Shown here in pieces: positions 49,958 to 62,975 of a DNA stretch of 64,000 nt (position 1 is the first letter of the stretch; each line of letters starts with the position of its first letter). The notes under the pieces were generated by a model. The model saw only the letters and a list, made by a program, of their open reading frames with translations. It was not told the DNA's origin and searched no databases. This DNA is from Somniosus microcephalus. Its lineage: Eukaryota. The translations under genes were made by a program, and so were the position numbers. The stretch covers positions 17,236,001-17,300,000 of the forward strand of contig CM126231.1 of assembly GCA_052327205.1 (NCBI GenBank), in the 5' to 3' direction.

Positions 49958-52900
49958 TACTGGATGTTGGACAAGCAGAGTGAGAGTTCATAGGCCGTGG
50001 AGGGGTCAAGCGAGGTAGTGGTGCCAGGGAGAGCAAGACCTGCCCCAAAGGCTGCTACAGTGTGTCATTTCACTCTAACAGGTTCCCTGGCATACGAGTG
50101 CAGCTCAGAGCGATGTGACCTCTGGTTTCCCTTCTTCGCCAGGGTGGGACATTAGGACTCTGCTCCACATGTCCTTCTGAAAGCACAGCGCAAAACTGGG
50201 AACTGAGTTTTGGAGAACTGGCATTCTATAACTCCAGGGCAAGTTTATTTCAAAAATAGACCCTTTTTCTTGTGAAGACTCACACTTTCAAATTCTTTTT
50301 TTCTCTCTTTAGTTTGAGGATTCCTTCACTGCACACCATCTGCAGCTGAGAGTCAGTTGGGTGGGTGAACCAATCCCAAGCATCTGACAGTGAAATGTGC
50401 AAGAGTGTCCCAGTTACAATCACTCCCCTTTCGGGGAAACACCTGCCCTTTGCTCAATGCTTCTCAGATTGGGAATTTGCTGTGGAAGATTGAACCTGCT
50501 AACTGAAGTCCTACCTCTCTGAGACACTGGCTGTTGGCACCTCGGAATCAGACCTTGAAGCAGAAGGCTGGGATGGGAAGAGAACAGGGATATGGCCCAT
50601 GCACCTCATTACGACCCGGCTCCTTGCTTAGGGTGAGGACAAAGACTGGTGTCAATCTTTAAAAACCATCCATTAGAAACTATCACTTGTAGGCGAATTA
50701 ATTGCTCGGATGCCAGTGCAACGTGCAAACCCAGCCCTTGTGTTAGGAAACATTGAAGGAGTTAGTTGGGTCGAGGTGTTAACAGCTTTGAAATACTGAA
50801 GTTTGGTCCATTTAAAAGAAGCTGTGAAAATTTCAACTGAGGCTTTTAGGCTCCACCTTTTTTTGTTCTTTTATTTCAACTGCAAATGGGTAGAATGTTC
50901 AAAGACCACGATAATGTAGCTCTGAAGTACTGTCACTGGATGCAAAAGAGAAAATGAACGGTTCTATTCTTCAACGCTGCCACACCTCTTGTTGGTGAGC
51001 ACAGAGGCAAACTAAATTGATTGAGAAACGTACTTAATAAGCTTCAGAAATAAGATGCAAAATATGTTGTATAATCATTTTTTTTTAAATTGCGCTTTAG
51101 GAAAGAAGAATTGTAGTGTGGCCCAGCCTGGCTCTCACCCAGGAAGCCTGGGCCCCCGAGACCCGAACCCTGTGCGACACTTCAAACTGCCCACCTCAGT
51201 TGGGAGTTCTGCCACCGAGCGCTAGGGGTACCGTGTCGAGTGTGCCACAGGGTGGTGGGGGGAGGGAAGGGTGGCCGAGGCAGGATGGGAGGGCAAATGA
51301 GCTGGCCTCACTGCGGTCTTCTGCTCCTTCTGGAGAAGGATCTGCCACGACTGTCGGATGGGTCTGTGAGGCACCAACCCACGCCAGCCTCCCTCCCGGG
51401 CGACCGGGGTAAGATTGAGGGGAAAATGGCAAACGTCGAAAAGGAAATAGGAGAGGAAAAAAGAAAATGGTCAAATAAAAATAAAATCCCTGAATTAAGT
51501 TAAGAATTGTCCCATTTAGGAACATGTTTTGAGTTTGGTGGGAGGGGGAGTGGTGAAGAGAGGTTTAAAAATAACCATTGGTTATGTCTCACGTAAAAAT
51601 GCATGATTGAAAATAGCTCAACCAATGTCATAGTTTATACCAAAGTGTATGCATGTTCACAACTCTTCCTTTGAGCATTCTACCTGAGTATGGAATGAGC
51701 CCTTTCACCAGTACAGACGCCCTCTTAATGGCTCTCGAGTGGAGTCGCCTCAGAATTTAAATTCACAACGCAAGATTTCTCTTCCTGTGACACAATTAGA
51801 TTTGGTATTCTGCCTGTGACGTATTTGCATAGGGGATTTGTTTAAATTGAAATGTTATCAAAAAAGAGCACTTAACTAAACCTTTCAACAAGTTATCTTC
51901 CATAAGAGATTGATTTTAAAATCCACTGGGCTGATGAAAGGGTGGAAAAAGCTAAAATTTTTTTGGATCTATTCTTTGATTAATTGTAATTTATGCTACA
52001 AAGCTGCAGCATCCCTTTTATTGTTAACCCTGAATCATCCAGAGGGTGATGTTCCAGACTCGCCACTTGCCCTCTCTGCAACAACGTGATTCCCGGCCAC
52101 ATTGTCGTACACCAAAGCGAAAGTTTGATCCGGTAATGGCCTTAGCTCCTCACAAAGATCACCAGGATCAGTACGGATAAGGGCTGCGTTCAGTCTTACC
52201 TAGTTCATCCTTCCATGGAAGCTCACACGTCCCCCATCGTAGTACCCAACTGCTTCTGGGAAGACTTGAGCTTTTCCCTAGGCTACCCGAAGCAGAAGGC
52301 CATTCTCAAACATGTAGGCAACAAATAATTTTGTCATCCATTGAACAGAGCGAGCCATTGATAGAGATTAGCAAACAAATAGACATGGCCATGCAATTTG
52401 GTTGACAAACTGGTCTCAGTCCACCTTTTTGTTTCTTTGGCCACATTTACTCTTTCCTTTCCCCTTTTCTCATCCCTGTTGTTGCTTACGTTATCTTTGT
52501 ACCAGGACCCCCACTTCAAGCCTGGCTTGTGTCTTCAGTATTCAGTCTCCGCTCTCACCTGTCAGAAAGGAACAGCGGTGGAGCTTGAACTGTAACTTCC
52601 TCACAAGCTGGCCAACAAGCCAAGGGCACTTTGTAGAGTGGAGTAGTTCTGCCTCCCTGCCACTTGTTTCTCTCCCCCCCGCGCCCCCCCCCCACCCTCC
52701 CTTACGAGCTAAATTACTCCCCTGTCTCCCACCCTTCGACCAGTAGATTCTTACACTTCACATCTTAAAAAAAGAATAATCAAAATGGCCTGAAACAAGC
52801 ACAGAGAGGGGAAGTCTGAGATGAGAGACTATCAAAAACCAAACTGTAGGCCACCTTGGTGCATGTGCAACATCCTTTCTCCAGCGACTAAGCAGATTGG

Positions 52901-53294
52901 AGGTGCAAGATCGATAAATAACAAGGTGCTGGATCTCCATCCATGTTCCAACATAGGGACAAAAAGTGTCCCAGAGTAAGCAGACATTGGGAAAACCTCC
53001 TGACTCAGCCAGCATCCAGAGCGTTCACTGGATAGATGTTAGTTTTTTGAGCCTCTGAGAAAGGGATACTGCAGCTTGATTACCTGTGTTTGAAGTCATA
53101 TGATTTGCACTTTTTTCAGGATTTCGAGGCATTTTATTTTCTCGACAGTGTCCTTTTAAAAACACTGACCCTGAGAATTAGTCTTTAGGATTGTGTACCT
53201 GATCTGGACCTGGTGTTAGGAAATCTGCCACATGTGCAACAAGTCACCATTTCTTGTTCTTTTTTTTCTTTTTCTCGTATCGGTCTCTATTCAG

Positions 53295-53327
53295 AAAAGG
53301 AAGTCAAGTTCCAGTGTTCAATTAATG
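53295..53327 (+). CDS. CAMK2B: CaMKII linker exon III, NLS insert (KRKSSSSVQLM)
   Basis: Strong pyrimidine tract plus tcAG acceptor, GTGAGG donor, 33 nt, phase 0-0. The peptide matches the alphaB/deltaB-type NLS insert and lies in the expected order between exon II and the PQTN exon. Confidence 0.9.
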
Positions 53328-53989
53328 GTGAGGACCCTTTTGAAATTTCAAATTCACTTCACGTTAATCTTACTTATTCTCTTCCCCCTTCTCATCTCTG
53401 CCAGGAGGTGACAGAGTCATCTGTGTATGTTTACAGCTTTTCATTACTTTAAATCCCCATCAGAATAGCAAGTACTAAAGTCTGTGCATGTTGACAACGG
53501 TTAGAGATCCATCTTGGTAAATGGCATTGAACTGTGGTCTAACGCCTCCTTCCTTTTTCTCTCTCTCTCTCTTGCTTCCTTCTCCTTCGCTTCTACCTGC
53601 AAGGTTCAAATGTACTTTCTGGATCACCATAGCACTCGGTAGCAGAATGAAAACCTTACTAGTTAGATAATTCAACCGGTTGCAAGTAACAAAAGCAGCG
53701 ACCGAGTGATTAGATTGGATTCTCTGCATCCTTTTTACACTGTGTTTATGTATTAACATTTGATTTTACCTTTGGATCTTTGTTGCTGTGAATGAACTGT
53801 AAAGCGGGAGAGAATTATCCAAAGCATACTTAACAAATGTGCATATGAGGATTGTCACATAAAATTATTCTCCGCTTTGGACAGCAATTGAAGAGCCGTA
53901 ACCCAGCCTCTGCAATATCTTAAAAATGCAGTTCTAAATTTGCTAAACATTCACAGAGTTCCCCAAAAATGGTCCTCCCCATTAAATCA

Positions 53990-54305
53990 TAAAAAGACTT
54001 GCATTTATATAGCGTCCTTCACGACCTCGGGGCGCCCAAAGAGCTTCACAGCCAATGAAGTACTTTTGACGTGCACTGTTGTAATGTAGGAAACATGGCA
54101 GCCAATTTGCGCACAGCAAGCTCCCACAATCAGCAATGTGATAATGACCAGATAATCTGTTTATAGTGATGTCGATTGAGGGATCAATATTGGCCAGGAC
54201 ATCGGGGAATACGCCGCTGCTCCTCTTCAAAATAGTGCCATGGGATCTTCTCCGTACACCTGAGAGGACAGACGGGGCCTCGGTTTAACTTCTCATCCGA
54301 AACGC
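53990..54305 (-). mobile_element. DeuSINE-like 3' portion
   Basis: Matches 5693-6015. Confidence 0.75.
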
Positions 54306-54695
54306 TGAAATCATGAGCACTCCCCCATCTCAGTCAGGGCTTTGAGGTTCCGACATGACGCAGAGGCCATATAGTGAAATTCCACCTGTTCGTAGTCACT
54401 GGGCAGAGTTCTGGCCCTCTCATTTCCAGTAACCTCGCTGGGATTGCTCTCCTAGAATAACTTGCGTAAGAAAACCCGACAGCCAACCTCTCACATTACA
54501 GTAGTCAGTTAAATTCTTGCCTAGCTGAAGATTCAACCCGAGCCTTTATCCTATGAAATCGAACAAATGTGGGCAAAAGATCATTGAGTGTAATGACATG
54601 TAGCAAGGGGTGGGCAGAAAGAGCCCACTGCTGGCAGGAGCACGACTTGCTGCTGTCAAGGTTGTTGGACTACATCCCTACTGAGATCCTACAGT

Positions 54696-55105
54696 AAGAA
54701 AAACTTGAATTTATAAAGCACCTCATCAGGTCTTGCAGGAACGTTCCAAAGCACTCCACACAGCGAATTGCTTTGAAGTGCAGACACCTATGTAAGTGAA
54801 TGTGGCAGCCATTTTGTGCACAGTGAGACCCACCAACAGCCAGGAGATGACGGATCTAGTTTTGGCGGTGTTAGTTGAGGGAGGATTGTTGGCCAGGACA
54901 CCAATGGATGTGGTGAAATGAGATACAGCAGAACTCCCTGCTCTCCTGAATAGTGCCATGGGACCTTTAATATCCACCTGAGCAGGCAGTCAAGACCGAC
55001 CTCTTTGACGGCTCATCCAATAATGCAGCACTCCTTCCTAGATTATGTGCTCAAGACATGGAGTGGGGCTCGAACCCACCGCCTTCTGAGCCGGAGGCAA
55101 TTGAG
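54696..55105 (-). mobile_element. Diverged DeuSINE-like copy
   Basis: Collinear with 29276-29734, with indels. Confidence 0.65.
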
Positions 55106-56794
55106 CTAATCTGAAGTAATGTGAATCACTGGTGACCATTTGAAAGTGCAGGCATTCCTATAAGGAGACACAGCCCTGGCTCCAACCTCTGACTCAACAG
55201 TTAACTAATGTGTTTCATCTTACCACAAAGCACTAATTTTTTTTTTATTAAGACATACCGCTGCCAAAAAGCAGCAGCTCTCATGTCAATAATGAAGTGA
55301 CTGTGTGCATATTAAGCACATCAGAAACTAAAATGAACATTGTGTTGCTCATTATTGCTTTAATGGGTTGGAGTGATGGATGTGATGAGATACAGTGCAG
55401 CTATTCATTGCAGAGAGATGTTCTTTAGCACTGTTCCACCAAGGGACCAGAGATAGAACCATACACAACAAGCGAACAGTGATTTATCACTTAATGACTG
55501 AGTGTTACAATGAAATGTTCCTGGTTACCAAAACCCACATGGATTTCTGTAGCTCATCTCCAGTATCTTCGAGCAATAACTCTGGCACCATGAGGTACAG
55601 GAAACTTTGGTTTATCCGGAGGTTAACTGTCCGGAATGCTCGAGCCACCGGCAAAAATCAGGAGCCGTTTCGTTAGGTTTTTTTTTCTTTTCGTTGCTTT
55701 TTTTTCACCAGTCAGGCTCTGCAAGGTCTCGCTGAAGCTGTTGCTAAGCTACAGAGACGCTTGCAAGGTACGGCCGACTGTTTAGAAGCTGTAAGCAACA
55801 GGGTTTGTTGCCAGATACGGAGCTCAAAATCTCCGTATGTTTCAACATTAGCGCTGGTTTGTCCGGCAGTTTTGATGGGACGGCAACAGCTCGGTCCCAT
55901 CGGTGCCGGATATCACAAAGTTTCCTGTAATGTGCAATCATTCAGGTTGGCCGGTGAGAATTTTAGTCAAGTCTCTGACACTAAAGATGTGGAATATTTC
56001 TGCTATAACTATTTGTAGAGTGACATCAATCAACTTAAAAGCTATTCTCTACAATGCAATACAATTTAGTGCTTTTTTGAACTTTTACTCCCTGTCCCAC
56101 CCCAGTAGTACAGCTGCACAAATAGAAGTCCAGTAAAGTTCAGGCTGACTCATTCCATTCCTTTTTGAACTCTGAAATAAAGGAGATTTTAATTTTTCAG
56201 TCCCTTTTTAATAAGAATATTATGATTGTGGGACCAAGGACGGCAGACGGAGTTAAGATACAGATCAGCCATGATCTAACTGAATGGCGGAAGAGGCTCG
56301 AGGGGCTGAATGGCCGCCTCCTGTTCCTACCTCTGTTCTTTTGTGGATTGACACGTGGATTCTCCGGTACCCTCTTCCCTTCCCCACCCCCATTCACTGG
56401 ACAAATTTTATAGGTTTTGCAGCAATCCTGTTTGCTCCAAACAGATACCATGCAGCACTGATCGGGCTACGAACAGCCTGCTAGATAATTAGAAACAAGT
56501 ACAATTAGCCAAAATCATACTGAAATTTGTGTGATTAAGGTGGGGAAATTTTTAATTGAAACATTGGTTTGTACCAATGAGCAGCAATTATTAAAAGATG
56601 TATTTTAGATGGTGTTGGTTGAAATTGAAAAGGTGCTTGTTAATGGAAAGCTCCCAGGCCCCTCTCAGTGCTGCTCCGAGCTGTACTGGAATAACCAGGG
56701 CCACTCAGCCCCCGAGTTCCCTTCCTCCCTGCCCGCACCAATCCAGCCTTTGCTCAGTGTCTGCCACTAGAGTTTCATCAGGAAAGGAAAACTC

Positions 56795-57228
56795 AACAAC
56801 AACAACTTGCATTTATATAGCGCATTTAACATAGTAAAACCTCCCAAGGTGTTTCACAGGCGCGTAATCAAACAAAATTTGACACTGAGCCATGAGATTG
56901 GTCAAAGAGGAAGGTTTTAAGGAGGGCCTTAAAGGAAGAAAGAGAGGCGGAGAGGTTTAGGGAGGGAATTCCAGAGCTTGGGGCCTAGGCAACTGAAAGC
57001 AATGGTGCAGCGACTAAAATCAGGGATGCTCAAGAGGCCAGAATTGGAGGACGCAAAGATCTTGGAGGGCTGGAGGAGGCTATGGAGATGGGGAGGGGGC
57101 GAGGCCATGGAGGGATCTGCAAACAAGGATGAGAATTTTTTAAATGGACGCGTTGCTTAACCAGGAGCCAATGTAGATCAGCGAGCACAGGGATGCTGGG
57201 TGAACGGGACTTGGGATACGGGCAGCAA
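56795..57228 (-). mobile_element. L2-clade LINE 3' fragment
   Basis: (caa)n reverse tail. Minus-strand translation PVLADLHWL and AFSCLGPKLWNSLP. Confidence 0.78.
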
Positions 57229-57944
57229 ATGAGCAATGCTTTCTCCTCTCTGTGCCAAGTCCTACGGAATGCGTCAGTGCTGTGTCACCCGAGGACTGAA
57301 CCTTCAGGGACCTGGAAACTTAAATTGGATATTGCACAAGTGTGGTGAAAATGGCAGCTTCTCCTTGTAGCTGCTGCAGTGAAATCGTTTTTGAAGCCGG
57401 CGATAACTTCTTGTGAACTTGATTGGTTGATTGTTTCGCTAGAACGCTTAAATGATTCTAAATTTAATATTCGATGTTTGTGAAAATATTTCTGAATGGC
57501 TGAAGGTTTTTTTTAAACCAATAATCTTGGAGAGGAAACAGCAGCAGCTCAGTCAACAGCTGTAGGGGAAACAAGTGGAAAGGGTCTGGGTTGGGCTCTT
57601 GACAGGGTCTCAACTGAAACACAAATCATTCTTCTTCCTTCCCTCGCCAGCTGACCCTGCCGTCTCTCTCTCTCCAGCATTTTCGGTTACTTGCAGCATG
57701 CACAATTCTTATTTAAGCAGGAGGGGGGAAAGCTTTTTGTGGATAGACCCACACACACACTGATTAAAAATACGGATTTCGACAGGCTGAAAATCTTTGT
57801 GTGCTTGCGTAACATCATTAGAACACGAGCCGCAGCTTGTGCAAAGTTGTACTTCTAAGGCAGGCAAGTTTTTGGTAATTCTGTGGACAGGAGGCGATTT
57901 AAGAAGCAAAATTTGAAGTGATGTTTAATTACTATGGTGTGGTC

Positions 57945-59419
57945 AGGGAAATCCCACGGATTGGAAGGTAGCAAATGTAACCCCACTATTTAAGAAAGGA
58001 GGGAGAGAGAAAACGGGGAACTACAGAACAGTTAGCCTGACATCAGTCGTAGGCAAAATTCCAGAATCTATTATTAGGGACGTGGTAACCGGACACTTAG
58101 AAAATAATACAGTAATAGGATTGGGCAGAGTCAACACGGATTTATGAAAGGGAAATGGTGATTGACGAATCTGTTAGAGGTTTTTGAGGTTGTAACTAGC
58201 AGAATAGATAAGGGGAACCAGTGGATGTGGTGTATTTGGATTTTCCGAAGGCATTCGATAAGGTGCCACACAAGGTTATTAAACAAAATTAGGGCGCATG
58301 GGATTGGGAGCAATATACTGGTATGGATTGAGGATTGGTGAACAGACATAAAACAGAGAGTAGGAATAAATGGGTCATTTTCGGGTTGGCAGGCTGTAAC
58401 TAGTGGGGTACCACAAGGATCAGTGCTTGGGCCTCAGCTAGTCAGAATCTATATCAATGATTTGGATGAGGGGACCAAATGTAATATATCCAAGTTTGCT
58501 AATGATACAAAGCTGGGTGGGAATGTAAGTTGTGAGGAGGATGCAAAGATGTTTCAAGGGGATATAGACAGGCTAAGTGAGTGGGCAAAAACATGGCAAA
58601 TGGTTATAACGTGGAGAAATGTGAAGTTAATCCACTTTGGTAGGAAAAATAGAAAAGCAGAGATTTTTAAATGGTGAGAGATTGGCAAATGCTGGTGTTC
58701 AGAGGGACCTGGGTGTCCTTGTACACGAATCACTGAAAGTTAACATGCAGGTACAGCAAGCAATTAGGAAAGCAAATGGTATGTTGGCCTTTATTACAAG
58801 AGGATTTGAGTATAAGAGTAAAGACATCTTACTGCAATTGTATAGGGCCTTGGTGAGACCACACCTGGAGTATTGTGTACAGTTTTGGTCTCCTTACCTA
58901 AGGAAGGATATACTTGCCATAGAGGGAGTGCAACGAAGGTTCACCAGACTGGTTCCTGGGATGGGGGGGATTGTCCTAGGAGGAGAGATTGAGGAGACTA
59001 GGCCTATATTCTCGAGAGTTTAGAAGAATGAGAGGCGATCTCATTGAAACATACAAAATCCTTACAGGGCTTGACAGAGTAGATGCAAGGAGGATGTTTC
59101 CCCTGGCTGGGGAATCTAGAACCAGGGGTCACAGTCTCAACAAGGGGTCAGCCATTTAGGACTGAGATGAGGAGAAATTTCTTCACTCAGAGGGTGATGA
59201 ATCTTTGGAATTCTCTACCCCAGAGGGCTGTGGAGGCTCAGTTGTTGAGTATATTCAAGACACAGATCGATAGATTTTGGATATTAAGTGAATCAAGGGA
59301 TATGGGGATAGTGCAGGAAAGTGGAGTTGAGGTCGAAGATAAGCCATGATCTTATTGAATGGCGGAGCAGGCTCAAGGGGCCGAATGGCCGACTCCTGTT
59401 CCTATTTCTTACGTTCTTA
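57945..59419 (+). mobile_element. 5'-truncated CR1 LINE (RT and 3' UTR), same subfamily as 48712-49957
   Basis: ORFs with [15 protein letters not shown] and [15 protein letters not shown]; tail ttcttacgttctta. Confidence 0.92.
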
Positions 59420-60289
59420 AATCAAGTTGATTACTTAGGGACACAAACTAGGCTCATTCTAGGGACCTCACTATGGTTATAGATAGAATATCTTTGGTTG
59501 ACAGCATTAGATGTGGTAGAATTAGGTTGTACAGGCCCATTTTTGAGCATATGGTTTTGTTTAGTGTAGGGTACAGGCAACCCAAGGCAGACTCAGAACT
59601 TCCTTTTCTCCAGTCATAAGTTCAGTGATTTACAAAGCTCTGAGCTGTGCTCGAAACAAAAACCGAAAGCTGTGCCTGACCTGACTGGCCAGTTCCAATC
59701 TGGATTGAATTTGGAAACATCTGCATCTGTCTGATGGCTGCTTCTGATCCGGATGGAAATTCTTGGTGTGCGTTCCTGCCGTGTCTGCCCTCTGCCCAAA
59801 TTCCAAAGTCTCCTTTCAGCCCAACTTGTGGCAGTGATGGCAGCTGCCAAGAGGCTTGACTGTAGCGCAGCCCTGAGTAACGACGGACCTGCAGAGGCAA
59901 GGCCGTATAAATCAAATATTGAATATTTAGTCGAGAGTCCAGAAATTGATGCAGCTTCCCCTTTTGGAAAGAAAAGGTCAGTGGCTTGTTGCCGATTGGG
60001 GTTTTTAATAATCTGGAGCCCATCATCAATATGACATGGACTCGGCCCAGCTCATACAGCAGCAAGATCTACAGTCGGAATGTTTCCGGTTGAATCCGGA
60101 GGGACTTATTAATGAAGCTTTTTGACTATGGAAGTATTTACCCCCAAATGGGCTGCGTTGAGTAAAATGGAAATTGGCTGCAGGACATTTGACTGGGGGT
60201 TCTTGTCTATGTTTTGGGGGAAAACTGATCAAAGCAACAAGATTTTATCTGGGGAAAAAAAATCTATTATTTGTTCATTTAAGATCTTT

Positions 60290-60631
60290 TGGGTCGTTGT
60301 CGTACATGTCTTCACACTGTTCCCTTTGGGGAACTGTATGAAGTGGTGGAAGGATTTCTGGGTGCGATTAACGCTCCTTCCGTGACCGTAACCATCTTCG
60401 TACCAGCCATTAGGGTGGCTAGTCCTATGGCGGGAGGGTTTTACGGGCTCCCACAACCCATACGAGGGGGGGGGGCCACCCACACCCACGGACGCAAGTA
60501 TCCCGCTGGATGTCAACCCAGAATTTAGAGCCGGAGCTCCGACTCCACTTGCCGGGACTGTCTGGAGCGGGTTTCGAAACCCTACGCCTTCTGGCCCAGT
60601 GGCGGGGATGCTACCGCTACGCCAAAGGCCC
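60290..60631 (-). mobile_element. Probable tRNA-derived SINE of a further family
   Basis: Minus strand starts gggcctttggcgtagcggtagc (A box) ... ggtttcgaaaccc (B-box-like), with a CpG-rich body. Confidence 0.55.
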
Positions 60632-61436
60632 ACTCCATCTTTTGAGTGACGGCATATTTCTTGTTTTTGATAGTAGTCCCAATTGCCACCGAGTTTTTTT
60701 TTATAAGCACCTCCTCTGTGGGTTCAGCTAACAAAAGAACATCCTAATCGTCCATGTTATATCATCCAAGGGATTGCGCTTGTGTGTCTTGGTTAAATCA
60801 CTACCGTTCATTTGGATGCAATCTGTAGGCGTTGGCAATAGTGACTGGTCCAACTCGACTAATGAGGGATTGAGAAACGGTACTGGAAATGGTGTGTCGC
60901 TGACTTTGATGTTCGTAATTCTTTCTTTTGCTTTTCTAGTGAAATTGAGCTGTCTGACGTGCCATGCTTTCACTGCGCTGATGGAGCTCTGTGTAGCTCC
61001 CACAACACGTGGCAAAAACAGGTCCCATATTAACATCACATGTTCTCATTTGTAAATCGCCACGCCCAAAAATAAATCTACTTTTGAGAACGAGTGTGAA
61101 ACTGCACAAAGATAAAGCAATTAAATTGGGCTGTTTAAGAAAATCGTCTTAGCCTTTTCAAAGTGGTGCCCACTCTCGATAGAAATTGGCCCCCCTGCTC
61201 TTTGAGGCTCGCACTCATGTGTCACCTCACAGCAGCGGAGCGAGCCCGATCCAAAGAACTATCGCTGGCACCGGGTCAGGTCACCGTTTGCAGCTTACCA
61301 TCTGCATCTGAACAGGCTGCGCACCCCAGACAGTTCAGTATCTGCCGGCTCAGCTTGATCTACCGTCCCAGGCGGGACTAGGAGGTGAGGAGTGGACATG
61401 AAATAAACCTAAAACCCTCTGTTGTTTTCTGCACAG

Positions 61437-61505
61437 CCCCAGACAAACAGCACCAAAAACAACGTAGTAACCAGTCCCAAAGGAAACATTCCCTGCCCTG
61501 CACTG
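61437..61505 (+). CDS. CAMK2B: CaMKII beta linker exon IV/V ([23 protein letters not shown])
   Basis: cacAG acceptor, GTATTG donor, 69 nt, phase 0-0. Resembles mammalian beta [24 protein letters not shown]. Confidence 0.92.
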
Positions 61506-62699
61506 GTATTGCCTCTTCTTATACTACTTTCAGAGGCACTGGTGAAGCATGGCTGGATCTTCAATTAACTTGGTTTTGCCACCGAACCAAAAAAATTGTT
61601 TTGAGGGCTTTGTTAATGACCTTCTGCAACTTGATTCCATCGCGTCTCCTTCAAACTAATACTGTTCCATGAATTGCCAGAGGAGAAAACCTTTCTCCAG
61701 CTTGGCAAAATGCAGGACTCCAAGACACCATTTCCATTTAATAAATGGCTTGACTTACAGAAACTTGGACTGTTCTGTGCAGTGAGCTCCAAATAAGTTT
61801 GGTGGTCGTCTTTCTCCCCCAATAGATAACTTAAACTGAGTACCTCAATAGTGAACATTTTAAGTGGTGCGCATTTAAATTGAGCAAGTTGATGAGTATT
61901 AATATAATTCAGCGCCCACTTTGTAGGGAGCAGGTGAAAGCCATGTTTCACGAGTACCTCCTGTTTTAGTTTGTCTTGTTATATCTTGCACTGGCTTTTC
62001 TCTTCGCTAATGACTGTGATATGATTCAGCAGCTTGTACCGGGAGTGTCAGTGGGAAGGGGCGCTCAGTGAGAAAAAATTATTTTGGTCACACCCCCTGA
62101 TTAATTTATCTTTTTGGAGGGGGAGAGAAGATGAATAAAATTTCCAGGTAAGTCAGAGGAGGGTTTTCTTTGCGTATCTCTTTGTGGTTGGTTGTGGTGC
62201 AAGGGGCCAGAGTAACTTTCTTTCGACCCCCCGCTCCTTGGTGCGTGGATGGAGTGGGGCGTGCCGAAAGAGCCACAGCCACCGCAAAACAGAGAAAGCT
62301 GACATGACCCCACACGAACATACAATGTCAATGTGCAAAACTGGAGTGTAGATGAAATCTCTTGCCTTCAGATGTTCAAAGCCTGCTGACACTCTACAGA
62401 TTACACTTGGCAGGGTGTTACTAGACTAAGGTCTAACACATACTGACGTTTTGGTCCTCCAAAGGGTTTTGTTCCAGCTTTTGGCACAGCAGCAAGTTTT
62501 GAACTGTTCACTAACTTTGTTCAGAAACTATTATTAAGCCTTGGCCCAAGCGTTAGTACCTCGGGCGGGGGGGGGTGGTTGAGCCATTTAACAGCAGCAC
62601 ACTCTCAGTAATCAGAAATCTTGCTTTATTAATAAATATACTTTGGGACTGGACAACACAAGAACCTCATTCGCTACATAAATGGTTACTGTAGATTGA

Positions 62700-62975
62700 G
62701 GGTACGGTACTGCAGTGGTTAATTATGTTAATAGACTAATAATCCAGAGAACGGGAGTTCAGGTGGCAGTTTGAGAATTTGAATTCAGTTGAAAAAGAAA
62801 ATCTGGAAATAAAAAGTGAGCATAAAGCTGTCGGATTGTTCGCTCGTCCTTTAGGGAAGGAAACTTGCCGCCCTTACCCCTTCTGGGCCTATATGTGACT
62901 CCAGTCCCACACCAATGTGGGTGACTCTTAACTTCCCTCTGAAGTGGCCTGGCAAGTCACTCAGTCGTATCAAAC
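62700..62975 (+). mobile_element. Diverged copy of the 7095 SINE family
   Basis: Shares gtcctttagggaaggaaa...ggcctatatgtgactccag...gactcttaact. Confidence 0.65.
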
